DNA of 64,000 bases from contig OZ320314.1 in the NCBI GenBank assembly GCA_976226885.1, forward strand, positions 37,014,001-37,078,000, in the 5' to 3' direction. The notes beneath the pieces were generated by a model that saw nothing but the letters and a program-made list of their open reading frames with translations, ran no database searches and had not been told where the DNA came from. Below are positions 8,590 to 21,030 of this stretch, piece by piece. Every line of letters starts with the position of its first letter. Position 1 is the first letter of the stretch. The position numbers and the translations under genes were made by a program. The DNA is from Iphione sp. A-MEVVRFRX5. Taxonomy: Eukaryota.

Positions 8590-9600
8590 TTACTTAAGCA
8601 ATCAAAAACAATTTGTTCGTTGTAATGAATGTTCATCTGAAATCAAATCTGTATGAAAGTGGGGGGGGGGGGGCTGTAGCACAGCGTAGTATTCCTGGTC
8701 CCTGGCGTTTTTCCTTAATGGTGAACGATATTCCAAAGCATTTGTCGATCACAAAATGTATACTATATGCTAATGATACCACTATCTCTGTTTCGGCTAG
8801 TAATGTAATGGCTTTCCAATTGAAAATGCAATGGGGGGGAGTGGGAGATAAAGATATAACAGCCTCGTGTAATAAAACGGATTTAAGATAAACACTAACA
8901 AGACTGTGGTTATGGCGTTTGTTAGAAGTAGAGATGTCATACTCGATCTTTAAATCAATGGTAACCAGAACAAGAAGGTGAGGACAACAAATTTCTTAGA
9001 TATGCTATTGATAGTGGCTTATCCTGGCTGCCACATATTCAAGCTATGAGAAGAGAATCAAGAAAGAGGGTGCACGGAATCACGAGAGTAACTCAGCTTT
9101 TACCATTTGTTACAAGAGTTAGTGTCTTCAATGACTTTGTTAATCCGATCTTTTTATATGGACTTCCCTTTGTGTTGCGGGCATCCAGAAGGCTCTTTTT
9201 CCATTGCAAATCAAGCAAAAAAACGCCCTAAAAAAGTTCTTTCGCCAAACATGAGAGACCTAATGTCATCCATTCAACTAAGGAGGAGGTTGAATATTAA
9301 ATCACTTTTAAGCAAGTGGGAGAAAATGGTTCAATTAATTCAATACATCGACTTGTTATGTTGAATGAATGTAGGGTACAGAATAAAGGAAGAAGAAGAA
9401 GGAGGCAGGTGGCCTGGATCGCCCAAGACAAGCCTAGATTGTCTAAGGTGAAGAACATCTTCTATTACACATGAGCTAAGATGTGGAAAGCGCTTCTGAA
9501 AGGACTGAAGAAGTGTATTGATAAGAAGATGTTCCTGAAACAAGTGAAGAGACTAAGCTGATCTAACTGACGCCATATATTAACATCGCATAATTGGATT
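8590..9600 (+). pseudogene. Decayed LINE reverse transcriptase fragment
   Basis: GVAQRSIPGPWRFSLMVNDIP...CILYANDT matches the GVPQGS.LGP..F..Y.ND and YADD motifs; multiple stops and frameshifts. Confidence 0.75.
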
Positions 9601-10524
9601 TTTTCCTCGTAAATCATTTACTTTTTTTCAGTTCGCTGGAAAACCTCGGGTGTAATTCCTGAGAATGTGAATGAAACGTTTAGCGTTCAATGTTCAATGT
9701 ACTAGGTCATCTGAGACACAACTAGAAGAAAATTTCAAGTGCTTAAATGGACCATTTGTATCAGACACAGTTCATTGAAATACATGCATGTTAGCTACAT
9801 ACATCAAAGAAAGGAATCATGAACCTTGAGGATATTCATAGAGAACGTCTGAATCCAACATCAGGAATTCTGTCAGTTATGTATACGATGCTTCAAACAG
9901 ACTTTGCTGAAAATGCTGTGGACCCTGACATGGTTCTGACTGATGATATGTTGACAAATCCTGGATTTTTGACGACAGCTTAGCTTTTGTTAACTACAAT
10001 GTGAAGAATGAAAGTGTCGATCGACGTGGGGCATGATTGCCTACATGAATTCATCAGTCTTGAAGAGATAAATGCAAGAGAAAACCACCACAAAGAGAAG
10101 AGACTGAAACAGAAGGCTACCAGAAGAGAGGTTTGAAAATAAATCACATATATATTAAACCCTATACTTCAGGAAAGCCTAAAGTTCAAAATTTAAATTT
10201 CATACCTAATAAATCGGCAACCTCCAAGACATTCGTTAAGCTAGGAGAGAACATAGCTTGTATGATATCTTGTGTTATTATGAAAATATTAATGAGGTAT
10301 TTGTGAAGTCACCCTGCTTGAAATTTAGCATCATTCCTTTACAAACCATGGCATATATATGGATCCAGTTGCGAAGTCTCGAACATGAATCTGAATCAAC
10401 ATGGTCAAAAGTAGTTTACGGACATTATTTGTAACTTGGCAATTGCAAACATAAGATTCAAAACTTGGATCCAGTTGGAACCAATGTACATAGAAACATG
10501 GCTGATTAAACAGAATATAATGTT

Positions 10525-10680
10525 CAGTAGAACCTCTATTTGCAACCGCTCCTATTTGCTACCATTCTCCTTATTACGACCACCTGAGATTGGCACAAAG
10601 GTCTGGACTTCTTATAATAAATATACCCAAGTTGCGACCAGATTCGCCAATACGACCACATTTGACGGGGTCCCACTGTA
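10525..10680. mobile_element. Possible Tigger/pogo-type MITE remnant
   Basis: Starts CAGTAGAACCTC, has internal CGACCA repeats, ends CCCACTG followed by TA. Confidence 0.4.
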
Positions 10681-12437
10681 GTTGTTAACCTCCCTAGTCT
10701 AGACTTTTAGAAATAGTGATAATATCTATTCATAAAGTGATAATATCTATTCATTTTGTGTTTCTGACTGTATGAATATATAGAGCTACATTGGTCTTAA
10801 CTTGTTTGCATACCTAACCGTTCGTACCACCATTATTGTGCATACACTTCAATACTATGAAGTCTTTCGGTAAGGCATAGGCCCTTTACTACCGGACGGA
10901 TGGGTTGGATCCCAACCACCACAAACAGAGTAATAAAGTACAACCAGGCAGATATACAGTAATCTAAAATCGATAACGAGTGTTCTTTATGCTGGACAGG
11001 CAGACAGATCATAGGATTATCCATGTTATTGAACAATCTAGAGACAATAAGCTTTTCAGAGACAGAGCCAGACAGACAGAGACAGTTGGAGACGTACAAA
11101 AAGGTTTATTTCTCAGCCAAGGCTACATTGATTGTGATTTATAATTGACCATAGCCATTATAAAATTGATTTATTATTGACCATAATCATTATCTAGACC
11201 TTTTCCCCAGCTCTTCGATAACGCACGCAATTCTGAGCGGTATATCAAAAAGCCTATCTAGGCCTAGGCTTACGTAACCATAAGATAAACACGAACATAC
11301 ATGGTCATCTATGCATTTTTTCCGGAAGAATTTTATCGCGACGATCGGCTAATATAGTTATATACACTAGAGAGTAGACTATCTTGACTCTTATATGAAT
11401 ATTCATGACATTGGCGCACAATCGTAGGCACATGTACATATATACATGTACATAGAAAATATATAATTAGACTACGGTTACAATGGACAATGGGCGTGCA
11501 AACCTAAACTTGGGAAGCTTTATCAGTCAATAAAACATGAATTTATGTTTAAGTTAAGAAATACAGGTAATTGTGTATTAGCTAGAAAGTACCAGCATTA
11601 TAGATCGAGAGTGATGGTAAATGAATACAACAAAGGTTTTCAATTAGACACATTTATTAATGAATAGAGGCATAATTCAATTCAATTCAATTCAATTCTG
11701 TTTATTGACCTTCTTTGTACATGTTACAAAGTTATCCGTGGACAATTGGTGAGTTTAATGAAATAAAACATAAAAAAAGAGAATAGGCATGACAATAGAT
11801 CAATTGCTTAATAAACACTACTCTTCACCCTTTGTGTTTGTCTCATTATCAAATACCTCCAGTAAACTGACTCATTTCATAAGTTGACATATTCAATAGA
11901 AGACTGACAGTGTCTACTAGTGCACTATGAACAAACAAACCACTCATGCTAGCAGAACCTGCATATTGTTATATGTGGTGCCTTATTTACTCTGCATGAA
12001 AATACGTCATTGGATAAATAGAATACATGTATCCGAGAAAGCATGTTCATCCATCACTTATATCACGTTCGTTCTTTCATTCCTCCACACACATCTAACC
12101 AGTAATACCATATCAAGCAATGCACTCCACATTCACCAACCACACCCATCCCATTTTATATCTGCATGCATCCTCATTCACGACTCATTCACGACAGTTC
12201 CTAGTGATAAGTTCGCATTTACACTTGTTTCTTTCTTATACTTCCACACTCTACCACTCAGTCACTAGGTGCGACATACACCGCCCCAGTTAACAGTCTT
12301 AGACTCAGGTGTTTCGAAGCTAATTTGGAACTTCCATATGTGCGAACCCTTACCCTCCCCACGTCGATTTCCCATTTCCATCATTGTCTATGGTCCAATC
12401 ATTCCGTTGTCAGTAGCACGGGAAGTTGCATGCCAAC

Positions 12438-14366
12438 CTAATTGGGCTTGAGTTGGAATTTTGTCAGGCGGGCTGCCCTTTTTCTGACATCCGGTAAGTC
12501 ATTCCACCCCACTGCCGCTCTGTACCTTAGGCTGCGGCCAAATGCCCTGTTCTTTGGCCGATCCACCCTGATTCTGGCCGAATGTCCTCTTCTCGTTTTA
12601 GATGAGTCAGCTAGTGGCAGCAGCCCTAGTCTGACTTGCTGGTGAGTGGCTCGCAAGGCCCTCCAACCCACCAGATCCTCCACCCTTTCTATACCACCTT
12701 TCTCACAAATACGTTTGGCGGACCATGGTGGGTTTATCTGCAGACACATCCTAACGCACCGATTAAGATGTAGCTGCATGTTGCATAACACCGCCTTGGA
12801 ACAGCTGTAAAGCACTACTGCGGCATAGTGCAGATGCGGCATTACAAGTGTTTTAAATAGGTATAACACCGTATGCCATGGCAGCATTTTCTTCACTCTG
12901 GACACTTTCAGCGATGCCGCCCACATTTTGCCTTTCACGTCCTTTAGCATCTCGCGCCCTGTCATCTTGGCATCCAACAGATAACCAAGAAGCCGCACTT
13001 TTGTGCACATTGTGAGGTCTGTCCCATTTACTTTGAGGTCTAATGGTGTACCAGCCGCTTTGCCCAGCGGCATGTAACAGCACTTGCCTTCTGACAGTAG
13101 TAGGCCGTGTTCGTGACACCATTTCGACACTCGGTCCACGCTGTGTTGACATGCCCCTCTTAGCCTAAGCCAGTCATTTGCTTTGACAATTATGGACAAA
13201 TCATCAGCGTAGAGGACGGCATCACAGTAGTTTGGCATGTGCTTGACCAATTCGTCAATCACTATGCTGAAGGCCGCAGGGCCAAATACTGATCCCTGCG
13301 GCACTCCATGCTCGATTTTCCTCAGTGAGGAATTCTGTCCATAGCACCTTACGTACTGTTTTCGATTGTCCAGGTAACTATGAACCAGTCGTCGTATGGC
13401 GCCACTTGCCCCTGCTGTCTCCAGCCTTCTGAGAACCTCCACTGATGGAATGAGGTCAAATGCTTTTCGCATGTCAAAGGCTAAGAGACAACAGTATAAT
13501 CCTGAGTTCATAGTTTCCATTGCTCTATTGATTGTGTAGGTAACGGCTGTCTCTGTGCTTCTCTGGGGTCTGAAGCCATGTTGTCTATCGCTAATGAACT
13601 TTTGCTTGTCAAGCTGTTGCATGACATCAGCAAAGAAACATTTCTCAAAGACTTTCCCGGGTAATGGCAAGATAGACACGGGTCTGTAGTTGCTCATACA
13701 GTTTGTGTCACCACGTTTGTGGAGTGGTGTCACCCATGCTATCTTCCACTTCCCCGGGTACTGTCCACTTTGTATGATGCGGTCGAAGATCCAATGCAGA
13801 AAGTCGAGGTTCAGGAGCAAAAGTTGCTTCATCACCCTTGTCGGTATACCTTCTACACCTGAAGCTTTTTTGATGTTGATTGTTTTGACGAAGGTCCGCA
13901 GTTCCGAAGGAGGCGGCAGAGTGACATCAAACGTAGAAGCACAGCTTGTCACCTGAACATCACCCCTGGCGGTCACCGGCGGTGCTAGGGCTGCTACCTC
14001 ATCAATAAAGAAGTTATTCAACTTCTCCGCGACTGACTCTTCGTGACCATCTCCGGGGTTGTTCTCCTTTGGCAGTTTCATCTGACCTTTGCCGCGCCCC
14101 AGCGCCTTGTTAAGTACCTCCCATGTTTTGGATGAATTCCCCTTCGTCTCCTGCAGTTTCAGCTTCCAGAAGTCCCGCCTGTCGTTTAGCAGTGTGCGTG
14201 CCACCTGTTTATTGAGGTGCTTGAAGATTCGAAATGAATCCACGCACCCATACTTTTTCCATTTTGCGAAAAAGTATTTCTTATCCTTGATCAACTCTAG
14301 TGTCGCATCACTAGGCCGAAACCCGTTGATCCCCTCCTTGACTTTAGTGGTTTTCTCAGGGCACAT
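12438..14366 (-). CDS. LINE ORF2, reverse transcriptase portion
   Basis: YRPVSILP, QHGFRPQRST, FDMRKAFD, GVPQGSVFGP, YADD motifs. Confidence 0.92.
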   Translation of the reverse strand: MCPEKTTKVKEGINGFRPSDATLELIKDKKYFFAKWKKYGCVDSFRIFKHLNKQVARTLLNDRRDFWKLKLQETKGNSSKTWEVLNKALGRGKGQMKLPKENNPGDGHEESVAEKLNNFFIDEVAALAPPVTARGDVQVTSCASTFDVTLPPPSELRTFVKTINIKKASGVEGIPTRVMKQLLLLNLDFLHWIFDRIIQSGQYPGKWKIAWVTPLHKRGDTNCMSNYRPVSILPLPGKVFEKCFFADVMQQLDKQKFISDRQHGFRPQRSTETAVTYTINRAMETMNSGLYCCLLAFDMRKAFDLIPSVEVLRRLETAGASGAIRRLVHSYLDNRKQYVRCYGQNSSLRKIEHGVPQGSVFGPAAFSIVIDELVKHMPNYCDAVLYADDLSIIVKANDWLRLRGACQHSVDRVSKWCHEHGLLLSEGKCCYMPLGKAAGTPLDLKVNGTDLTMCTKVRLLGYLLDAKMTGREMLKDVKGKMWAASLKVSRVKKMLPWHTVLYLFKTLVMPHLHYAAVVLYSCSKAVLCNMQLHLNRCVRMCLQINPPWSAKRICEKGGIERVEDLVGWRALRATHQQVRLGLLPLADSSKTRRGHSARIRVDRPKNRAFGRSLRYRAAVGWNDLPDVRKRAARLTKFQLKPN

Positions 14367-15201
14367 TTCTCCTAGGACTATCCTGGTGCAATTCTCCAGA
14401 TGTTCCCATGATTTCTCGTGGTCCGGGTCCTTTTTCGAAACCGCCCATCTCCAAAACTTCTCTTTGAAGTGCGGCGAGGTCCAGTTTGTTCCACTGTCTA
14501 AATGTCTTCACTTTGTCCACCAGACGATTGCCCCCTTTCTTCAGCACTGCCAGCACTGGTAGGTGATCACTGAGTGTCCAATCCAGAACGTCGCAGGCCA
14601 ATCTGCCTGCGTAATTGACCCATATTTGGTCAATCACGCGGTCAGAGTCTAGCGTAGTACCCTTCCTGATCAGCTGAGTGAATCCATTGCTGACAAGCAG
14701 ATCCACTAGACTGACCCCAGCCTTTTCTCCTCCCATGAAGTTGAAGTTGAAATATCCAGCTATAGTCACGTCGCATCTGTGTAAGGTTTTGATAAGTTGG
14801 ATAGTTTTATCAAATTCCTTGATACTATCCTTGATTCGATCATGTGGTGGCCGATACACACCAAACACTGCATGTTTTCTTCTCTTGCTGATTTTCAGCA
14901 AGACCCCCAGGAATTCACTCTCACCATGTTCCGGGCTTGTGCAAAATTCCCGTATAATGTCAATGGTTTTTTTCAGATAGATCACAATCCCCCCACCCTT
15001 GGACTTCTTTGCATTCTGTCTATCTTGTCTTACCTGTTGGTAACCCGGAACTTTAATCCCCCCATCTAGATGTGACTCATTGAGCCATGACTCCGTGATT
15101 ATACAGATGTCTACGTCTTGTTCACGGAGACATATCTCCAGGGCGTCTACCTTAGAACGTAGACTTCTTATGTTATATGCAACCAATGTTACTCCTTTCA
15201 T
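14356..15201 (-). CDS. LINE ORF2, APE endonuclease portion (separated from RT by a 1-nt frameshift near 14431-14435)
   Basis: AYNIRSL, ITESWL, GGGIVIY, GVYRPP, IDQIW, SDHLPV. Removing one A from GAAAAAG restores ...EKDPDHEKSWEHLENCTRIVLGEMCPE. Confidence 0.88.
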   Translation of the reverse strand: MKGVTLVAYNIRSLRSKVDALEICLREQDVDICIITESWLNESHLDGGIKVPGYQQVRQDRQNAKKSKGGGIVIYLKKTIDIIREFCTSPEHGESEFLGVLLKISKRRKHAVFGVYRPPHDRIKDSIKEFDKTIQLIKTLHRCDVTIAGYFNFNFMGGEKAGVSLVDLLVSNGFTQLIRKGTTLDSDRVIDQIWVNYAGRLACDVLDWTLSDHLPVLAVLKKGGNRLVDKVKTFRQWNKLDLAALQREVLEMGGFEKGPGPREIMGTSGELHQDSPRRNVP

Positions 15202-15874
15202 TATGTTAAGGTTGTGTAAGCACCCCCGAGCTCACTGCCATATACATGTTACACCTCATCACACAACCACACCCACTTTCATCACACATCTTGTACTCAC
15301 TTTCAGCCTTGCAGAGTCATAGTTGTCTTATTGACATACACCTGCACCTCCATCTACAAATTGTAGTCACCAGCAAAGCATACACTGTGACATCCATACC
15401 ACACCAAGCGGCGATGTAAGTGGTGCATTAATAAAAAGAACTTTATTCACTTTAGACTATAGAGTGGAGACAATCACTGGACCTAGAACGACATGAAGGA
15501 ACCGCACGTAAGTTGTAAGTATGGCCTTAGCAAATGTAGTCACAAGGTTATAAATTGCGTGGTTCAACTGGAATATTACAGCATGTAACTAGCAAGGTCA
15601 GTGATATTACAACACAACTATAGTTAACTATTTCAGAAATAACCAGTATTCTAAAGATCACCAGCTACCAGTTCAATCTCGATTATTGTCATTACCCATG
15701 GCCTATGATCATGGTAGAATAACCTGACTACCTCAACAGCGTGTTTGGATTGAGATCAGTTACTAAGTGCATATACAATGTACTAAGAACGACCGAAGGC
15801 ATAAATAATCAACAATTACAATAAATAGTAACAGATAAATACAAAAACATACATATACCAGGAATTTAAGAATT

Positions 15875-17413
15875 TTAAGACTTCTTGAAAAATGTGTCTA
15901 TGGTTGGCTGGACCACCTTTCTTGATAGAACTCTGGAGGAGTGGGCCTGCTGTAGTGGTACCAACAGATCCAAACATTCAATGTCGCCTTTGATGAGGAA
16001 ATGCTTCCTCATTTTCAAGAACATTTCCTGAATCTCTGGGTCACTGAGCTCACTGCCCTCTTCCTGTTTCTCCTCTGTCGGCTCTTCCTCCTCTTCCTCA
16101 ACCTCATCAGGGGCCCAATCTTCCTCATCGGGACTGTGAGTGCAGAGTTCATCATCAAGGCTCTCATACTCTGTGTGGGTCATTCTGGATTCCTCTGGGA
16201 TGCCCTCCTGGATTTTTGTGAGGAGGGAGATGAGAGGTTCATCATCAAGTTCAGGAGGACACGACACACGTTCAGCATCATCAGGAACTGGCCTAACCCC
16301 TGATCTTATGAAGCATGACTCCACTGTGGTTGGTTTTACTGCTTTTACTGCAGAATTCAACCAGCCCACTACCAGCTGCATATCCACTGTGCCCACAGCA
16401 GCCCTGGCGTCGATGGAACCATCCAGCCTTGAAACGACGTACTGTAGCAGTGATTTCTTGTAGTGTAATTTTACTGCCTGGATGATGCCCTGGTCTAATG
16501 GCTGGAGAACAGATGTGGCATTTAGTGGCAGAAACACAACTTTAGTGTTAGACAGGTTGATTCCCCCAGGATGAGAAGGGGCATTTATTAAGCACACTTT
16601 TCTCCCTTGAGCTGCCATTTTCCGATTGAAAGAGTGTAGCCACTCCTCGAAAATGGTCGTTGTCATCCATGCTTTCTTGTTATGGCGCCATGTCACGGGC
16701 AGCGATGACATATCCTTCAGATTGCGCCAACAGCGAGGTCGTGCAGCTTTGCCAATAACCAATGTCTTCTGAAACTCACCAAGGGCATTCACACAGAACA
16801 TCGCTGTGATCTGCTCCTTGGATTTTTTACTGGCAGAGACGTCTGTACCCCTGACACTCAAAGTCCTATCTGGTAATGCCCTGTAAAAGATGCCGGATTC
16901 ATCGACATTAAAAATGTCTCTTGGACCATATCCCTCGAGGATGGTGGGTAGACGCTCCAGCCATTCTTGAACTGTGACTTCATCAACTGATGATTTCTCA
17001 CCAACCACCTTGAATGCTCCAATACAGTGACGTTTTTTGAATTTCGTGAGCCATCCTGTAGATCCCTTGAAGTCATCCATACCAAGCTCTTTGGCTATAG
17101 CCAAGGCCCTGGTACAGAGCATAGGCCCTGAAACCGGTACATTCAAAGCACGAATCCGAGAAAACCATGAAAAAACTCTCTCATCGAGTGTAGAGGAGTT
17201 TGTGGAGAGGCAACGACGCTTTGCTGTTGGATCAGCACAGTGCTCAAAGTCATTCAGAATTTCTGCTTTTCTCTTCAAGATGCAGCCGACTTGAGTTTTC
17301 CCCACTCCGAATTGCTCTGCAAGCTGTCTCAAGCTACGACTTGGACTGTTCTTGATAATCTGAACCTTCTCACGAAGAGTCAGATCTCTCCTCTTGGTCT
17401 TGGTCACAGGCAT
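15875..17413 (-). CDS. pogo/Tigger (CENP-B-like) transposase, 512 aa from ATG 17413
   Basis: N-terminal HTH (LTLREKVQII...LAEQFGVGKTQV), second HTH (FKGSTGWLTKFKKRH), DDE-type core (IFNVDESG, WMTT, LQPLDQGII), acidic tail, C-terminal QPTIDTFF. Confidence 0.92.
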   Translation of the reverse strand: MPVTKTKRRDLTLREKVQIIKNSPSRSLRQLAEQFGVGKTQVGCILKRKAEILNDFEHCADPTAKRRCLSTNSSTLDERVFSWFSRIRALNVPVSGPMLCTRALAIAKELGMDDFKGSTGWLTKFKKRHCIGAFKVVGEKSSVDEVTVQEWLERLPTILEGYGPRDIFNVDESGIFYRALPDRTLSVRGTDVSASKKSKEQITAMFCVNALGEFQKTLVIGKAARPRCWRNLKDMSSLPVTWRHNKKAWMTTTIFEEWLHSFNRKMAAQGRKVCLINAPSHPGGINLSNTKVVFLPLNATSVLQPLDQGIIQAVKLHYKKSLLQYVVSRLDGSIDARAAVGTVDMQLVVGWLNSAVKAVKPTTVESCFIRSGVRPVPDDAERVSCPPELDDEPLISLLTKIQEGIPEESRMTHTEYESLDDELCTHSPDEEDWAPDEVEEEEEEPTEEKQEEGSELSDPEIQEMFLKMRKHFLIKGDIECLDLLVPLQQAHSSRVLSRKVVQPTIDTFFKKS

Positions 17414-17745
17414 GTTGTCGTTTCTGCATTCGTCTTGAGAATGATTCCCTCCAGTACAGACGCCTGCTTTTGTATGCTCCTGGAGGCTCCCCAAGTGAGT
17501 AGGCGTCAATTGCAATCAGGAACATGTGAGAACATCAGAGGCATTCAACTCCCTTTGACCCTTTGAGTCGCTCAAAGGTGATGAATATAACCGTTAGTCT
17601 ACGCTAAATCAAAGCGACACCTGCTCTTTGGGGGCCTCGGGGATGCTGATAGGTGTAAAATTTGCGCGGCCAACTGAAAACTTATTTGTCTTCACCCGGG
17701 GGGTGCGCTACTGTCGCCGTCCACAGGCAGACGTTCTCTAAAATT

Positions 17746-17874
17746 AGCTGTCCGCATTCAAGACGTCTCCACATAATGCTTATCTATGGGAAACATTTCG
17801 GTTCTGCTTCAAATCGTCCGCATTGTAGACGTGTCCGCATCCCAGACGTGTCCGCCAGGGGACGTCATACTGTA
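17746..17874 (-). repeat. Probable 5' terminus of the pogo/Tigger element with subterminal repeats
   Basis: Minus strand reads TA-CAGTATGACGTCCCC; GACGTGTCCGC repeated at 17828 and 17845. The matching 3' TIR was not found. Confidence 0.5.
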
Positions 17875-19131
17875 TAGACATGATATATTTTTTTGCTCAA
17901 ACTGTATTTGTTTCGTTCAGGCATTCAGGGTTGTGTTGTATTCTTATGATGATGGACTTGCGATTGTATTTTCTTGGGTTTTCATCAGTTCCTCCAAGCT
18001 TGTATTCCTAATGAGTTGCTTTTGCTTGAAATCTCTCCAACCTGGAGACCTCTTCACCGTAATTAACGACTATTAGGAAAAGGATAAAGTAACCATCCTT
18101 CTTAAAACAAGTTTTATTTCCTAGTTGAGAAGTTCATAGACCTTTCAAAGCCGCAGAGGCCGGGCGTTTCTACATGGGAGCTCTCTAATAGAAGAAATTT
18201 TATTTCATCACTGTAGCCTGCCCACCAACCTCTCACTAGTAGACCTCGCAACGCAAGGATCCTGTCTTTCTGTTTCTCTATCACTATTACTGAAGCATAC
18301 ATCCACCACAAGACCAACCCAGTTAAGAGAGCAACCTTTGATACACATAACGATCTAAACAGAAGCAAACACTAACATCCACATTATTTTACCAACATTC
18401 TAAGGAGATTAATTCAAGAGAGCCCCACATTGGCTTGTCCCAAGGGTTGAAAGAACGTATAAGTACTGTGCTATTTAAAACAATGGAATAGTATTGGGAG
18501 AGAATACGAAAATGAAGGCCGAAATATTAAAGTTTTGCTCAGTAGATAATATATGATAAAGTTTGACAAACATGCATGTTGGGGCATAGATAAACATTTA
18601 ACTGAACTAAGATGTTTGCAAGTACTTTTCTGAAATGTTGCAGATCCACACTTATTTGTGTGTTTGTATAAACCTGGGCCTACAGGTGAAGGGCTGGGTG
18701 TGCTGGATGATGTTTGCTGACTCATCTCCTGAAATGTCATATATGACATCACTTAGGGTTTCCTCTTTCATATCTTTATCTTGCGAATGATGCACCGACA
18801 TGTTTTCCCACAGGTAATACACCATGTCAGAAAACGGTCCTAAGAAGGACAACTTTTGTTTTGGTGGTACCAGATAATTTCAGTACATTTTCTCTAGTGT
18901 CAGTTTCATTCGAATTTTTGGCAAGGTTTATCAAATCAATATAAGTCGACTTTATGGTGAGATAAAAGATTATATGGATCTTTAAAGCATCTCTCATCTC
19001 TATTTAGAACCCATGTTATAGGGATACGTATAATTTAATTGAAAAAGTACCTAGAATACATTACACCAGCAAGGGTGAGTTGCTAGCATAACAACATACT
19101 GTATAAACTGCAAGGAGGGTATAGAACGAAT

Positions 19132-20415
19132 AGATCAACTACCGATATTGTCTGTAATTTAACAGACTATATTAAGAATTCAGTATCAAACAAAGAAACA
19201 TGTCTAGTATGTTTTTTAGACCTCAGGAAAGCATTCGATACAGTGGATCATAAGATCCTATTGGAAAAGTTAGCATTGTTAAACTTTTCAAATAGTGCAA
19301 TTTCCTTGATTTCTAGTTATTTATCTGGTAGAGAACAATATACAATCAATGGACAATTTGTATCTAACAAAGTAGGAGTGACAAAAGGGGTACCACAAGG
19401 ATCTGTTTTAGGTCCAATTTTGTTTAGTTTGTATGTGAATGATTTGCCTGAATGTGTGGATGGTTTAGGAAAAGTATATATGTTTGCGGATGATACTGCA
19501 ATAGTGACACACAATACTGATCCTAACAAAGCCATTGAAGATATGAACGCATTGCTAACAAAAGTTATTGAATGGTTACAATATCATCGGTTACAAATAA
19601 ATGTTAAAAAAACCCAATATATGGTTTTTACCAACAAGGATAAATCCTGTAAGGATAGGATGGACAAAGTTAATATTTTGGGAACAGAATTAGAGCAAGT
19701 TGGTACTTACAAATATTTGGGCTTATGGCTTGATGACAAGTTTAACTTTAATTATCACACAAGGGAAGTCATTAAGAAAATTGCAAAATCTGGATCTTGT
19801 CTAACTAGAATGGCCCCTTTGTTAAATTATCAACAACTTTTATTATTGTATAAAACTACCGTGTCCCCTATTTCTGATTACATGGACTTGATTTGGTGTA
19901 TGTCTAGTAAGGCTAATGCTAACAAGGTTTTAATTTCACAAAATAAACTACTAAAGAAATTATTTCATTTAGACAAGTATACAAGGACAAACGAACTTTA
20001 TAAGAACTTAGGATTATTAAATGTACTACAAAGAACATATTTACATATCCTAACAAGAGGTTATAGAGCACTTAGAAGGATTTTACCTGATTTTGAGCAA
20101 GAAAATTATAATCAGAGAAACCTGGATTTAAATTTGAGGAACAATGCAAGAACAAGTTTTTCTATTAAATATTACAAGAATGCCTTACAATGTAAGATGA
20201 CAACAAATATAGTTGCAAATAGTTGGAATAACTGTAAACTACCATTGGATGATGGACTTGAACCCTCAGAGTTCAAAAGGGAAACTGCAAGATTTATTTT
20301 TGACAATGGTTGATCTGTAACACTGTAACTAACAAATCTTAGCATATGCATAAGAAAAGCGAATTTTATGTTCGATTATGTATATGTTGCATTCAGAAAT
20401 AAATAAATAAAAAAT
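19132..20415 (+). mobile_element. 5'-truncated CR1-group LINE (RT C-terminal half, stop at 20313, AAAT-type tail)
   Basis: RSTTD...FLDLRKAFDTVDH, GVPQGSVLGPILF, FADD, YKYLG; tail of AAAT repeats at ~20397-20415. Confidence 0.9.
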
Positions 20416-20904
20416 AGCCATAGTTAGTCCCTTCTATTGGCCAGCATATCAGATAACTCTTTAAAGTAGGGCCATTTAAGATGCCTAAACGTGCCTCTGA
20501 GTCGCTTAAGATAACTTTTACATGCACACATTGTCTGTTACAGCAAATGTTCCATTTGGAATTACATGTACTTTGAAGGGGGCTGGGGGTGTAGGATTGT
20601 GTTGTATAGTTTGATGGATTGTGGATTCCACAAGCAGTTGTTCTCTGATTAGGCCCGGTTTCCTTGTGTACGAAGATTACCTCCAGAGCATGTGCTCTGT
20701 ACTCCGGAAAAACAAATTTCACTGATTTTAACAGAGTGTGTTCCATATGTATGTGGTCTGTACAGAAAATGGACAGTGCTATTTTTTCCACTCCACAGAT
20801 GCACACGGATAAGTAGCACATAGGGAAATGATGGTTTAAAGAAAGAGGAACACTGCGTAACATATATGCTGTGAAACATTTTGAATTTGCATATTGTATG
20901 CATA

Positions 20905-21030
20905 AAAACTGCACAGTTTCCACCGATATGCCTGAATCTCCGTGAAAAACCACACAATTTCCACTGATGTGTCTCAATCTTCATGAAAAACTGCACAATT
21001 TGGTTTGATATACCTCAATCTCCATAAAAA
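20905..21030. repeat. ~39-bp minisatellite, ~3 degenerate units
   Basis: Recurring AAAAC(T/C)(G/A)CACA(G/A)TTT...AATCT(C/T)C(A/G)T. Confidence 0.6.

Larger units (their letters stand above)
11674..15201 (-). mobile_element. CR1-group non-LTR retrotransposon (APE endonuclease + RT) with 3' UTR and (TTGAA)n tail
   Basis: APE and RT ORFs; AATAAA (minus) at 11706-11701 followed by five TTGAA-type repeats at 11698-11674. No ORF1 seen upstream. Confidence 0.9.

Noticed and set aside
15421-15874. 3' TIR of the pogo/Tigger element
   Set aside because: No match to CAGTATGACGTCCCC was found here or beyond the adjacent LINE.
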